Below, piece after piece: positions 34,088 to 44,176 of a stretch of DNA of 64,000 bases. The number at the start of each line of letters is the position of its first letter. Position 1 is the stretch's first letter. Source of the DNA: Alphaproteobacteria bacterium (GTDB lineage: Bacteria; Pseudomonadota; Alphaproteobacteria; UBA828); the NCBI GenBank assembly GCA_963422645.2, contig CAXXVO010000004.1, forward strand, positions 32,001-96,000. The letters run 5' to 3'. The translations under genes were made by a program, and so were the position numbers. The notes beneath the pieces were generated by a model. That model was not told where the DNA came from. It saw only the letters and a program-made list of their open reading frames with translations, and searched no databases.

Positions 34088-34696
34088 CTTATTGGCAACA
34101 TTTTTCAATCCGCTTTCCAGCACTTGACCACGCGCTTCGGTGTCTGTGAACGTTGCCACGGCCGTCAGCGCCTCGGCCGTGAGCTGCGCGCGGAGTTCAT
34201 CGCGGAAATTATCCCCGATCATCACGTCATTCAGATGGTAAGTCGGGTTCCGGTGATCAACTGTTTCGTCCGCCGTACGCGGTACGAACCACAGACTGAG
34301 GGTTTCACCGGGTTTCTTGACCGAGCCGACGATCGCAACATCGGCGTTCCAGTTATCCAGGGCCGTGCGTGCGCCTTTCCGCATTGCCGGCCGCCACTCG
34401 TCTGCAGCCCCTCGAGCCTTCACGACGCGGGTGGAGCGAACAAGTTCTATGCCTTTGATGTCTCGGAATACTTGCTCGACAGTTTTCGTGTCGGGTCCAC
34501 CGGCATCGTCCTCCAGCCAGCACAGCACGATGCGAAAGCGCTCATTGGATCGCAGCGGCTTGGACCGGAGTCTATTATGGATTGACCGGAATCTATTACA
34601 GATTGCTAGACACACCCGTTGTGGCGATGGCAGGAGGGGACGAAGCCAGTCGATGAGTTTCGCTAACAACTGCATTTCCTCGCGAGCAAATACCAT
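34088..34696 (-). pseudogene. Hypothetical protein truncated at its 3' end by IS66
   Basis: 208-aa ORF runs into the IS66 TIR. Confidence 0.55.
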
Positions 34697-34789
34697 AACC
34701 AGTGGAATATCATGCGTCCTCGGTACGCGGCTATCAGACCAGAGTCTGGACGCTCACTCGCACCAACTCCCGCGCTTCCTACCGCCATA

Positions 34790-34983
34790 GTCCAGCCCGT
34801 GTCCAGCTGCGAGTCTACCATGGGCTGCGCGTCAAACACCTCCAAATCTACCTTGATGGGTTCATTTTTCGCTTCAAACGGCGCCGAAATCGCCTCGCCG
34901 CCTTCCAGCCATGCTTCGACAGGCCATCCGCATCTGGCCTCGCCCCTACGACATCCTCATCAAGCCGGAAATCAGCGTATGAG
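34790..34983 (+). pseudogene. IS1595-family transposase C-terminal relic
   Basis: VYHGLRVKHLQIYLDGFIFRFKRR resembles the IS1595 HLxxYLxEFxFRxNRR motif. Confidence 0.7.
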
Positions 34984-35010
34984 GAAATTCAACACATAGT
35001 CTCGCCGATA

Positions 35011-38000
35011 TCATTCCACATCTTCTTTTTCGCGCACTCGTCGGAAAATTTCCCTGGCAAGATGTTTGTGCGCGGTCGAGCGGAACCCGGCGTCCATCAT
35101 CACTCTGGAGAATATATCCTCGTTGCCCTCCATCCGTGCGATGAACAGCTCGTCGAGAATGCGATCCAGATAGGCGGAAAAGTCGGCCAGGTTGTTGGCG
35201 CGCGCCGCCTCCGCGATGCTATCGTCATTTTCCGCCGAGACCCTTATCTGGTCGAAGAACAGCTGATCCGCCCCGTTGAAATCGGTGCCGAAACGCTCAT
35301 TGAGGTGGTCGATCAGGCTGGAAAGCGTCACCTCCGCGTCCTTGGCGCCGGCCGTGCCGACATCCGTCGGCCCTTTCAGAGGATCGGCCTCGCCCTCCGA
35401 GAGGTCGATGGAACCCTCGGACATCTGCTGAAGCCGGAAGAACCGCAGCGCCACCTCATCATCCAGAGCAAACGCCTGGCCATCGCCCGGCGGCGGGAGC
35501 TTCGCCAGAAGGTTCCTCACGAAGGCGTAGAGACGTTCAAGATCGCTGTCCTGGTAGGGAATGATCTGGGAGAGGAAAGCGTAGAGGTTTCGATAGGCCT
35601 TCAGCTGGCCGCGAAACTCCTCTCGCTCATCCTCCTCGCGATCCCGGAACCGCCGAACGACACCATCGAGAACGGCATTCATCGTCCGATGATCGCTCGC
35701 CGAGTGGTCGCGCCTGGCGCGATACCAGGTTTTGGCGAAGGCGGTCACATCGACCGGCGTGAAGATCGCTCGTTCAAGCAGACGATGTTGCAGCTCCGAC
35801 AGGCGCTGTGGATCGGCGTTCTCGCCGACAGGCGTCGTCTCGTAGTAGGGTTTGAATGCCTTGTAGACATCTTCTTCCTCGTTGGCGAAATCGAGGACGA
35901 AGGTGCGCGACTTGCCGGGCGCGATGCGGTTGAGCCTCGAGAGCGTCTGAACCGCCTGAACGCCGGCCAGCCGCTTCACCACATACATTGTCTGCAGCAA
36001 GGGTTGATCGAAGCCGGTCTGATACTTCTCCGCGACCAGCAGCACCCGGTAATCGTCGCGACCGAAGGTCTCCGGGAGTTCGCTCTCGGCAAGACCGTCG
36101 TTCATCGCCACTTCGGTCCAAGACGATCCGGCGGCGTCCGGATCCTCGACCGTCCCCGAGAAGGCCACCAGCGAACGGATACCGCTGTAGCCCTGCTCCT
36201 CGATGTAGCGATCGAATGCGAGTTTGTATCTCACGGCGGCAAGACGGGAGCCTGTGACGACCATGGCCTTCGAGCGCCCGCCGAGCTCATGCATCACGTA
36301 GAGCCGGAAATGCTCGACGATGACGGAAACGACCTGCTCGATATTGACGGGATGAAGCTCCAGGTAGCGGGTAAGGGCCTTTGCAGCCTCCCTGTGCGGC
36401 ACATCCGGATCGTCCTCGATCTGCTTGATCAGGCCGAAGAAGCGTTTGTAGGTCGTGTAGCTCTGAAGCACATCCATGACAAAGCCTTCCTCGATGGCTT
36501 GCCGCAGGGTGTACTCATGGAAGGGCGATGCGCCGGTCGGGCCGGGCTCGTCGAACAGGGCCTTGGTCTTGAATTTCGGCGTAGCCGTGAAAGCAAAGAA
36601 GCTGAGGTTCGGTTGCCGGGCGCGCTGCAGCGCGTCGCGCAGCACCGTTGCCTTCGCGTCGTCGGAAAGGTCGTCGTCCTCCTCTTCGGAGAGCTGCGCG
36701 GCAATCGCCGCCTCGATGCCTTCCTTGTTCAGCATGCCCTTGAGAGCGGTCGCGGTCTCGCCGCTCTGGGACGAATGCGCCTCATCGACGATGACGGCGA
36801 AGCGCTTGTCCGCCGTGTCGATCTTCACCCCGGAGCCCTTCTTCTCAAGGGTCGATAGCGCTTGGCTGATGAAGGGAAATTTCTGGATCGTCGTGATGAC
36901 GACGGGCGTGCCCTGGGATAGCGCTTTGACGAGCTGTCGGGTGTCCTCGTCGATCCTCTCGACCACGCCGATCTTGTGCTCGAACTGATAGATCGTCGCC
37001 TGCAACTGCTGATCGAGCACGCGCCGGTCGGTCACCACGATGACGGAGTGAAACACTTTCTCATCGTGATCGTCATGCAGGCCGGCCAGCCTGTGCGCGA
37101 GCCAGGCGATCGAGTTCGATTTGCCCGAACCGGCCGAATGCTGAATCAGGTAGTTCCGACCCGCGCCATGGGCCTTGGCGTGCGCGACCAGCTTCCGAAC
37201 TGCATCGATCTGGTGATAGCGCGGAAAGATCATCGTTTCCTTCCGCACGGTGCGCACGCCCTTGTCGCTCCCGACCTGCCTCTCCTTCACCTCGAGATGC
37301 ATGAAGCGTTGCAGGATTTCCAGAAGGCTGTCGGCCGCCAGGACCTCGTCCCAGAGGTAATGGGTCTTCCAGTTCCCCTCGACAGGAGGATTGCCCGCCC
37401 CGTGGTCGTTGCCTCGGTTGAAGGGCAGGAAAAAGGTCTCCCTACCCTTCAGCTGCGTGGTCATCCACACCTCGTCCGGGTCCACGGCGAAATGGACCAG
37501 GGCGCGCTTCTTGAAGGCAAAGAGAAGATCGCGTTCGTCCCGCTCGTCCGCATATTGGCGCATCGCGTCGGCGGCGCGCTGTCCGGTCAGCGGGTTCTTG
37601 AGTTCGGCAGTGACGACCGGGATGCCGTTGACGGCCAAGGTCACGTCGATGATGCAGCGGCGGTTCTTGCCGTCGGCCTTCTTCCTGACCGAGGTAAAGG
37701 CGACCTGGCGCGTGATGGTCAGCCGGTTACTGGCATAGTTCTCCGCTGCCTCGGGATTCATCCTTGTGTTCGGCTGGAACCAGGCCATGCGAAAGGTCTT
37801 GCCGTAGCATTTGAAGCCGTGGCGCAGGACATGAAGTGCGCCCTTGGACTCCAACTCCTTCGCGAGGCCGTCCAGCACGGTCGCAGGCGTCTTCGGCCCG
37901 AGCAGCGCCTCCAACGCCTCCCACCTGGCCGGTTGGCTATCCTTCAGGAAGCCGATGATATCGTCGGGGAAAAGGGCAAGCCCCTCGTCCCAGGCGCTCG

Positions 38001-38082
38001 GGCCGCGCTTCTCATAGCCGCCGGAGCCGGTCAGCCCGGCTTCGATCGCTGTCTCGAAATCGCGCTCGGTATGGCCGGTCAT
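35011..38082 (-). CDS. hsdR: Type I restriction endonuclease subunit R
   Basis: IDVTLAVNGIPVVTAELKN nuclease motif, HSAGSGKS, VDEAHSSQ, FTATPK, QTLSRLNR. Confidence 0.95.
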   Translation of the reverse strand: MTGHTERDFETAIEAGLTGSGGYEKRGPSAWDEGLALFPDDIIGFLKDSQPARWEALEALLGPKTPATVLDGLAKELESKGALHVLRHGFKCYGKTFRMAWFQPNTRMNPEAAENYASNRLTITRQVAFTSVRKKADGKNRRCIIDVTLAVNGIPVVTAELKNPLTGQRAADAMRQYADERDERDLLFAFKKRALVHFAVDPDEVWMTTQLKGRETFFLPFNRGNDHGAGNPPVEGNWKTHYLWDEVLAADSLLEILQRFMHLEVKERQVGSDKGVRTVRKETMIFPRYHQIDAVRKLVAHAKAHGAGRNYLIQHSAGSGKSNSIAWLAHRLAGLHDDHDEKVFHSVIVVTDRRVLDQQLQATIYQFEHKIGVVERIDEDTRQLVKALSQGTPVVITTIQKFPFISQALSTLEKKGSGVKIDTADKRFAVIVDEAHSSQSGETATALKGMLNKEGIEAAIAAQLSEEEDDDLSDDAKATVLRDALQRARQPNLSFFAFTATPKFKTKALFDEPGPTGASPFHEYTLRQAIEEGFVMDVLQSYTTYKRFFGLIKQIEDDPDVPHREAAKALTRYLELHPVNIEQVVSVIVEHFRLYVMHELGGRSKAMVVTGSRLAAVRYKLAFDRYIEEQGYSGIRSLVAFSGTVEDPDAAGSSWTEVAMNDGLAESELPETFGRDDYRVLLVAEKYQTGFDQPLLQTMYVVKRLAGVQAVQTLSRLNRIAPGKSRTFVLDFANEEEDVYKAFKPYYETTPVGENADPQRLSELQHRLLERAIFTPVDVTAFAKTWYRARRDHSASDHRTMNAVLDGVVRRFRDREEDEREEFRGQLKAYRNLYAFLSQIIPYQDSDLERLYAFVRNLLAKLPPPGDGQAFALDDEVALRFFRLQQMSEGSIDLSEGEADPLKGPTDVGTAGAKDAEVTLSSLIDHLNERFGTDFNGADQLFFDQIRVSAENDDSIAEAARANNLADFSAYLDRILDELFIARMEGNEDIFSRVMMDAGFRSTAHKHLAREIFRRVREKEDVE

Positions 38083-38153
38083 GGATCAGGCCTCGCGTGC
38101 GGAAACGTCGGGAGGGGCGCCGGAAGGCTCGAAACGTGTCGCGGCATCACAAA

Positions 38154-39470
38154 TCATCTCAGCTCCGGAAGCTGTCCCGTGACGGCGGCCGTGATCAATG
38201 CCGAGCGGTATTCCAGAAGTCTGTCGACAGACTGTGCGATCAGTGCGCGCTGCTCATCAAGCCGTGCCGTCTTGTCATCCAGAAACCGCGCGATCCGCCG
38301 CTGCGTGTCGAGCGGGGGAAGCGGGAGCGGTTGATGGCCTACAATCTCCCAATCCGCACGGGGCATCTTGGTCCCGAAAGTCTCCGCGTTGATCGCGTCG
38401 ATGAAGACTTTGGAGGCAAGCAGGTAGAAGAGAAAGCGTGGCTCAACGTCATGCGATGGCCGCAAGCAAAGCAACTCTCCTGAGCTCACTCCGTCGAATG
38501 TCGCGTGATAGACCTTGGCAAGATAAGGGCGGAGCTTGTTGAAAAGAACATCATTTTCCTGAAATGTCCTGCTGTCCGCCTCAGCCGGTTTCGGATTCTC
38601 GATCAGGAGTTCCCCGGTCCAAGACGCGATATCCTCATTGGAAATGTATGGAAGGACCTCTTGCTCCTCTGCTGTCGGGCGCTTCGTGGACAGATCAACA
38701 GACCACTTCAGCCAGTTTCTGTCCCAACCTTCCGGGGCTTGTGCCGCCCATTCAGGTAGCTCATCGCTGCACGCGAAGTAGCTCACCCCACCAACCCCTT
38801 CAGCAGCTTCGCTATTTCTCCCTTCGAGCTTGGCGGTATCTGCCTTGATGCCTCTTGTAACGGCGCGGGTTATGAGAGCTTGGCGTTTCTCGGCCAGCCG
38901 GTCCATGAGCGCGCGCTTTTTCTCGATCAGCTCGTCGATCCGCGCCGTCTTGTCATCCAGGAACCGCGCAATCCGCCGCTGCGTGTCGAGCGGGGGCCAT
39001 TTCCAGGGGAGCTTCAGGATGTCGGAAGGGTTTACTCGCTGGTGAGAACGCGTCACGGACTGAACGATGGCGGATAGCCGTTCTGTGACTTTTTCACTGC
39101 ACCAGAGATAGTACGCGTAGTGACGGTCCATCTCTTCTGAACATATCGCGACAAACTCGCCGGAAGCGAGCGTAGGATACTCTGAATGAGGTTCTGCGAT
39201 GCAAATCGTCTTCTTTCGCGGATTCAGTTTTGAGACCAGCAGTGTTTGGGCATCAATTAGGAGTTTGCTGCTATCGATATCACTTGCTGGCTCGATGAGA
39301 GGCCCGCCCGTCTCTTCAACTTGGGGAATAGAATAGTGCGCGACGAGGTCATCGCCGAACTTATCGGGATTAACTGTTACGCGATATCGACTGCAAAGAA
39401 AGTCGGCCCGCTTCTCTGTCCAAGTAGCCGGCAGATCACTTAGCCAACGCTGTTCAAACTCGTCGCTCAT
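38154..39470 (-). CDS. hsdS: Type I RM specificity subunit
   Basis: Two TRDs, each followed by an identical PPLDTQRRIARFLDDKTAR; lower GC. Confidence 0.95.
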   Translation of the reverse strand: MSDEFEQRWLSDLPATWTEKRADFLCSRYRVTVNPDKFGDDLVAHYSIPQVEETGGPLIEPASDIDSSKLLIDAQTLLVSKLNPRKKTICIAEPHSEYPTLASGEFVAICSEEMDRHYAYYLWCSEKVTERLSAIVQSVTRSHQRVNPSDILKLPWKWPPLDTQRRIARFLDDKTARIDELIEKKRALMDRLAEKRQALITRAVTRGIKADTAKLEGRNSEAAEGVGGVSYFACSDELPEWAAQAPEGWDRNWLKWSVDLSTKRPTAEEQEVLPYISNEDIASWTGELLIENPKPAEADSRTFQENDVLFNKLRPYLAKVYHATFDGVSSGELLCLRPSHDVEPRFLFYLLASKVFIDAINAETFGTKMPRADWEIVGHQPLPLPPLDTQRRIARFLDDKTARLDEQRALIAQSVDRLLEYRSALITAAVTGQLPELR

Positions 39471-41644
39471 GCTACCGGCCCGTCTAGGAGCCCGGCGATC
39501 TCCCCTTCCAGCTTGGTGATGTCCGCCTCGATCTCGTCGAGGGGCCGCGGCGGCTTGTAGACGTAGAAATGCCGGTTGATCGGGATTTCGTATCCGATCT
39601 TTGTTTTGCCGTAATCCACCCAGGCGTCGGGCACATGGGGCAGCACCTCGCGTGCGATATAGGCATCGATGTCGCCCCGGAAGGCCTCAACCAACCGGTC
39701 GTTGGGTTTGTCCGGCCCGAAGTCCATCGGCAGAGGCAGCACCGTTCCGGGCGGCAAGGGGATGTTCTCGGTGTCCCGAAGCTCGCTGTCGGGTTCCGGC
39801 CGCCCCTTGCTGTCCCGACAAACCTCGGCGTTCGGGTCGCGCTCTCCCAAGGCAGCGAAGATCGCCTTCTTGATCGGGTTGGGAATTTTGAGGCCGACGA
39901 TCTTCGCATCCTTCATCACATCGGCTTCGAATGCCTTCCGGTCCATGTAGCGCCCATTACCTTCGAGCGTCGCGAGCACGGCGCGGATGGCCTCCTGCTG
40001 CTTTCGCCCCTCCTCGATTTCGCGTTCGGCCGCCGCCGCGTCCTTCCACTTCTTCGATGTCGCCAGATTCACGAAGGCTCTCTGTTCGTCGAGCTTCGCG
40101 ATGCGCTCGGGTGTGGCCTCGAAGTTCAGGCGCAAGGGGCGTTCGACCGTAACCTTGAGAAAGCCGAACTCCCGGTTCTCGAAGATGCGGGAAATCACGC
40201 GGGTCTCGGTCTGGCCATCGATTCGAACCTCGGCCGTCTCGCCGTCCCGACAGTTGCCATAGACTCGGGTGAGATGGCGGATCTGCTCCTCGGCGATCTC
40301 GTTGCGCTTGTTGTTGAGGCTCTTCTTCATCTTCCGGAAGAAGCGGGCGCCGTCGATGAGCTGCACCTTGCCGCGCCGCTCGGGCGGCTTGCGGTTCGTC
40401 ACGAGCCAGACATAGGTGAAGATGCCGGTGTTGTAGAAGAGCTGATCTGGCAACGCCACGATGGCATCGAGCCAGTCTTTCTCGATGATCCAGCGGCGGA
40501 TATTGGACGGCCCCGATCCGGCGTCACCCGAGAAGAGCGGCGATCCGTTGAAGACGATGGCGATCTTTGATCCCGGCCGGTCCTCGTCTCCCTCCGCGTA
40601 GGGGTGCATCTTGGCAATCATGTGCTGAAGGAAGAGGAGAGAGCCATCGTTGATGGCCGGGAGGCCGGCGCCGAACCGGCCCGAGAGGCCCAGGGTCCTG
40701 TGCTCGCGCCTGACCGCCGCCTTCTGGTCCTTCCATTCGACGCCGAATGGCGGGTTGGCCATCAGGTAGTGAAAGCGTTCTTCCTCGAAGCCGTCACCGG
40801 TCTTGCCGTCGCCCAGGGTGTCGCCGAGCACGATGTTGGCCGTGTCCTCGTCCTTGATGAGCATGTCGGAGCAGCAGATGGCCCAGGACTCGTCGTTGTA
40901 CTCCTGGCCGAAGAGCGCCAGCTCCGCCCGCTCGTTCTGCGAGAGGATCAGCTTCTCGGATTCGGACAGCATCCCGCCGGTTCCGCACGCCGGATCGTAG
41001 ATCGTGCGATAGATGCCGGGCCGATAGACATCCTGTTCGCCGGTGTAGACGAGGTTCGCCATCAGGCGGATGACCTCGCGAGGCGTGAAGTGGTCCCCGG
41101 CCTCCTCGTTGGCCTGTTCGTTGAAGCGCATCACCAGATGCTCGAACAGATAGCCCATCTGGAGGTTGTCGATCCGGTCGGGGTGAAGATCGACATCGGC
41201 CATCGCCTTGACGACCGTGAAGAGACGGTTGTTGTCGTCGAGCTTTTCGATCTGGTCGGCGAACTTGAAACGCTCGAAGATGCGCCGCGCCGTCGGAGAG
41301 AAGCCGTTGATGTACGACACGAGATTGGGTGCGATGTTCTCGGCGTCGCCCAGCAGCCGGGCGAAGCTGTAGGGGCTCGTGTTGTAGAGCGGATGCTTGC
41401 GCCGGGGGTCGGCCGCCTTGCCGAGCAGACGGTCCGTTGCCGCTGCGGGCATCCGCTGCGCCTCCAACTCGTCCCGCCGATTCAGAACGGCATCCCTGGT
41501 CGGCTCCAGAACGCAATCGAGCCGCCGCAAGACGACCATGGGAAGCATGACAAAGCGATATTGGGGCGGGCGGTACGGTCCTCTGAGCCGGTTCGCGATT
41601 TCCCAGATCTTGGCTTTCAGTTCTTCGTGTGCCTGTACGTTCAT
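39467..41644 (-). CDS. hsdM: Type I RM methyltransferase subunit
   Basis: GDHFTPREVI, YDPACGTGGML, MANPPFG; overlaps the hsdS start. Confidence 0.95.
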   Translation of the reverse strand: MNVQAHEELKAKIWEIANRLRGPYRPPQYRFVMLPMVVLRRLDCVLEPTRDAVLNRRDELEAQRMPAAATDRLLGKAADPRRKHPLYNTSPYSFARLLGDAENIAPNLVSYINGFSPTARRIFERFKFADQIEKLDDNNRLFTVVKAMADVDLHPDRIDNLQMGYLFEHLVMRFNEQANEEAGDHFTPREVIRLMANLVYTGEQDVYRPGIYRTIYDPACGTGGMLSESEKLILSQNERAELALFGQEYNDESWAICCSDMLIKDEDTANIVLGDTLGDGKTGDGFEEERFHYLMANPPFGVEWKDQKAAVRREHRTLGLSGRFGAGLPAINDGSLLFLQHMIAKMHPYAEGDEDRPGSKIAIVFNGSPLFSGDAGSGPSNIRRWIIEKDWLDAIVALPDQLFYNTGIFTYVWLVTNRKPPERRGKVQLIDGARFFRKMKKSLNNKRNEIAEEQIRHLTRVYGNCRDGETAEVRIDGQTETRVISRIFENREFGFLKVTVERPLRLNFEATPERIAKLDEQRAFVNLATSKKWKDAAAAEREIEEGRKQQEAIRAVLATLEGNGRYMDRKAFEADVMKDAKIVGLKIPNPIKKAIFAALGERDPNAEVCRDSKGRPEPDSELRDTENIPLPPGTVLPLPMDFGPDKPNDRLVEAFRGDIDAYIAREVLPHVPDAWVDYGKTKIGYEIPINRHFYVYKPPRPLDEIEADITKLEGEIAGLLDGPVA

Positions 41645-41898
41645 GGGCTGTCTTTCGAGTACATCTGCTCGGTCTGCGGTCTGTGTTCACGCCGCGGCCG
41701 GGAGGCGACGTTTGCCGGTCAGGCCATGAGAGCCGGAGTGGGGTCGTCGGAATCTTCTGGCGGCAGTCGGCAAATCGCCGTCGTTTTCCAGTACGCGGGC
41801 ATCGGGAGCCTGGCGCCGGAGGCCTGAGGACGGCGTCACGTCCTCAACGAAATGCTGGCGCATGAGCACACCCTGGCCGGGCTCTGGAAAGGTTGCTG

Positions 41899-42921
41899 TC
41901 ACGCTGTCAATCCGTTGGCTCGCGCCTCGAGCAGGGCGCATCGTTCCATCAACATGTCGAACGACTCGTTGTCGTCGAGCAGCATGCCGTCCGCCAGCAT
42001 TCTCGCGTAGTCGTCCGCGAGCACGGCGTGGGCGGCGCCTTCGGGAACGAGCTGAAGGTGTCCCGAGACTGCCGCCTCATAGTCGATTCGTACGCCGCGG
42101 GCGTCGTTCTCGGCGAAGAACATCGCCTTGTGGCGGGCGACCGACAGCGCGAGGGCGCGGTCGGCGAACGCTTTTGCCGCGATCCCGGCCTCGTCGAGGC
42201 GCGCAAGATCATGCCAGTGCCTCGATAGACGCTCGCCGCGCCGGCGCTCCTGGCGGCAGAAGACATGGATGGCGGTCGCTTTTTCCCAGAAGGTCCGTTC
42301 CGCCAGCATGACGGTGGGGTGCGCTTCGGGAAACGCGAGACCGGGAAGATAGGCGGCCGCGTCGCACACAACGGGCCGGTTTGCGTGAGGCTCGCCCGTC
42401 GATCGGGCGCCGAACTCGACGATGACTTCCGGGGCGACAAAGCCGCTTGTCTCGAGCAACGGTTCATACGCAACGTAGAGACGCTCCGCTTCCACTCCGC
42501 ACGTTGCCACGAATCCGGCGTCGGAGAGACCTTCTTCGACAATGGGACAGGCCTCGTCGAGGACCCATTGTGAGAGGCGGGCACGGATGGCTCGCGTCCA
42601 GCTCTTCTCCTGGCTGCGCGTGGGCGGAAGCGCTTCGTCGCCGGCGCCGGAAACCAGATCCGGCGCAAACGCCCGGATATCGTAGGTAATGTCGAGGTCT
42701 TCCGAGAATCGGCGGATCACGCGCCACACCTTCGACAGCGACGTGCCGCCTTTGAAGATCAGATTCCCGGCGAACGGCGCATCGAAAAGGACGCCAAGGG
42801 TCGCGACGACCCAGACATCCTTCTCCAGAAGATGCGCCTTGTGGCTGCCGCTTCGCTCCGCCACCTCAAGAGCGTCGCGCCTGTCGTCGGGCGAGAGGTT
42901 CTGGAATCCCTGCTCAGCCAT
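41899..42921 (-). CDS. abiEii: AbiEii-family nucleotidyltransferase toxin
   Basis: LEKDVWV, FKGGTSLSK..IRRFSEDLD, RTFWEK, SRHWHDL. Confidence 0.92.
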   Translation of the reverse strand: MAEQGFQNLSPDDRRDALEVAERSGSHKAHLLEKDVWVVATLGVLFDAPFAGNLIFKGGTSLSKVWRVIRRFSEDLDITYDIRAFAPDLVSGAGDEALPPTRSQEKSWTRAIRARLSQWVLDEACPIVEEGLSDAGFVATCGVEAERLYVAYEPLLETSGFVAPEVIVEFGARSTGEPHANRPVVCDAAAYLPGLAFPEAHPTVMLAERTFWEKATAIHVFCRQERRRGERLSRHWHDLARLDEAGIAAKAFADRALALSVARHKAMFFAENDARGVRIDYEAAVSGHLQLVPEGAAHAVLADDYARMLADGMLLDDNESFDMLMERCALLEARANGLTA

Positions 42922-43510
42922 GCGCAAGGCGCGCGCTCACCGGCTCCGCCATCCAGATCGGCATGATGGCCCGCGCGGCCGCGAGCTCTTCCCGGTCCGC
43001 CTCGGAGAGCGTCTTCAGAACCGCTTCCAGGCCATCCTCGACCTCTTCGGGACCGAGCCATGCGAGGGCGCGGATGACGTCGCCCGCCTTTCGGTGCGGC
43101 GCCGCCAGCTGCCAGCGCGGCGCGTGACGCAGCTCGACGATGGACGAGCCGAAGTGCAGCCGTCGGTTGGGACCGGAGGTGAGGTAGACCGCACGGACCG
43201 GATTCTGCGTGGTGAGGCGCAGGCAATTGGCCGCCGCGCCGCCGCACGGCACGATCGTTTCGCCCCACATCTGCGACAGCGCGGCGATCGCCTTGGCAAC
43301 CCGGGGCGCCCGAACGCCGAAGCGGGTCTCGATCGGGCGCATGTAGACGCCCTGGCAGATCCGCATGAGGTGGCCCGAGCGCGCGAGGCGCGACAAGGCC
43401 TGGTCGACGGCCGCCCGGTTGCCGAGGTGCAACAGGGCGGCCGGACACAGCGGCGTAGCCTCCGGCAGGGCTTCGGCGTGCTCCATGATGCGACGGGAAA
43501 GGCCGCGCAT
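42914..43510 (-). CDS. abiEi: AbiEi-like antitoxin (DUF6088)
   Basis: wHTH AAVDQALSRL...RICQGVY, AANCLRLTTQNP..VYLTSG; overlaps abiEii. Confidence 0.85.
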   Translation of the reverse strand: MRGLSRRIMEHAEALPEATPLCPAALLHLGNRAAVDQALSRLARSGHLMRICQGVYMRPIETRFGVRAPRVAKAIAALSQMWGETIVPCGGAAANCLRLTTQNPVRAVYLTSGPNRRLHFGSSIVELRHAPRWQLAAPHRKAGDVIRALAWLGPEEVEDGLEAVLKTLSEADREELAAARAIMPIWMAEPVSARLAHG

Positions 43511-43668
43511 GATCGTATCTCCATGCTCAATCTGTCAGAAATTTAGCGGCAAGACTATCGCGATGCAACGCCGGACACAATCAATTCCGAGCCCGCACGG
43601 AGGGATACGAAAGACGCGTCGCGTGCGTCGTGCCATCGCGCCGGAACCCCGGGGACGAGTCGTTCCGC

Positions 43669-44019
43669 CTACTCGGACCCTTGTTTCGGGCTGGATCCTG
43701 ACGCCGCCGCGTCCGGGGACGGCGATGGGTTGATGGTGGACCCGGGCACCAATGACGCAACGAACTGCAGGATTTCCTCGACCTCATCCTTGCGTCCGTC
43801 TGCAATGAGGCCGCGCCGAAGGACCTGGGCGGCGAACAGCGCGGCCTTTGCGACCTGGATATCGAGCTCGGTGCGCGGCCATTCGCGCCGGTCGAGGGCC
43901 TCCATGACGAGCTCGACCACGAGCCGGTTCGCAGAAATATCGCGGTCTTTCGCGATTTTTTCGATGCGCGCCCACTGCTCCGGCGTGACCCGGATGGTCC
44001 TCGTCAACGTATCCGCCAT
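43669..44019 (-). CDS. Small ribbon-helix-helix-like protein
   Basis: TRTIRVTPEQWARIEKIAKDRDISANRLVVEL beta-alpha-alpha pattern. Confidence 0.65.
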   Translation of the reverse strand: MADTLTRTIRVTPEQWARIEKIAKDRDISANRLVVELVMEALDRREWPRTELDIQVAKAALFAAQVLRRGLIADGRKDEVEEILQFVASLVPGSTINPSPSPDAAASGSSPKQGSE

Positions 44020-44176
44020 CGCTTTCTCGAATTTTCTTACCCGACTTCGATCACGGTACGGTACGACAGCTTCGCCGGAATTCGTATCGATCGGTGCATC
44101 GTAAGCGGTGGCCTGACCCCATATCGGGATCGGGGTTGACTTCAGGGATATTGGAAGGGCGGCTTGAGCGCCGGCG

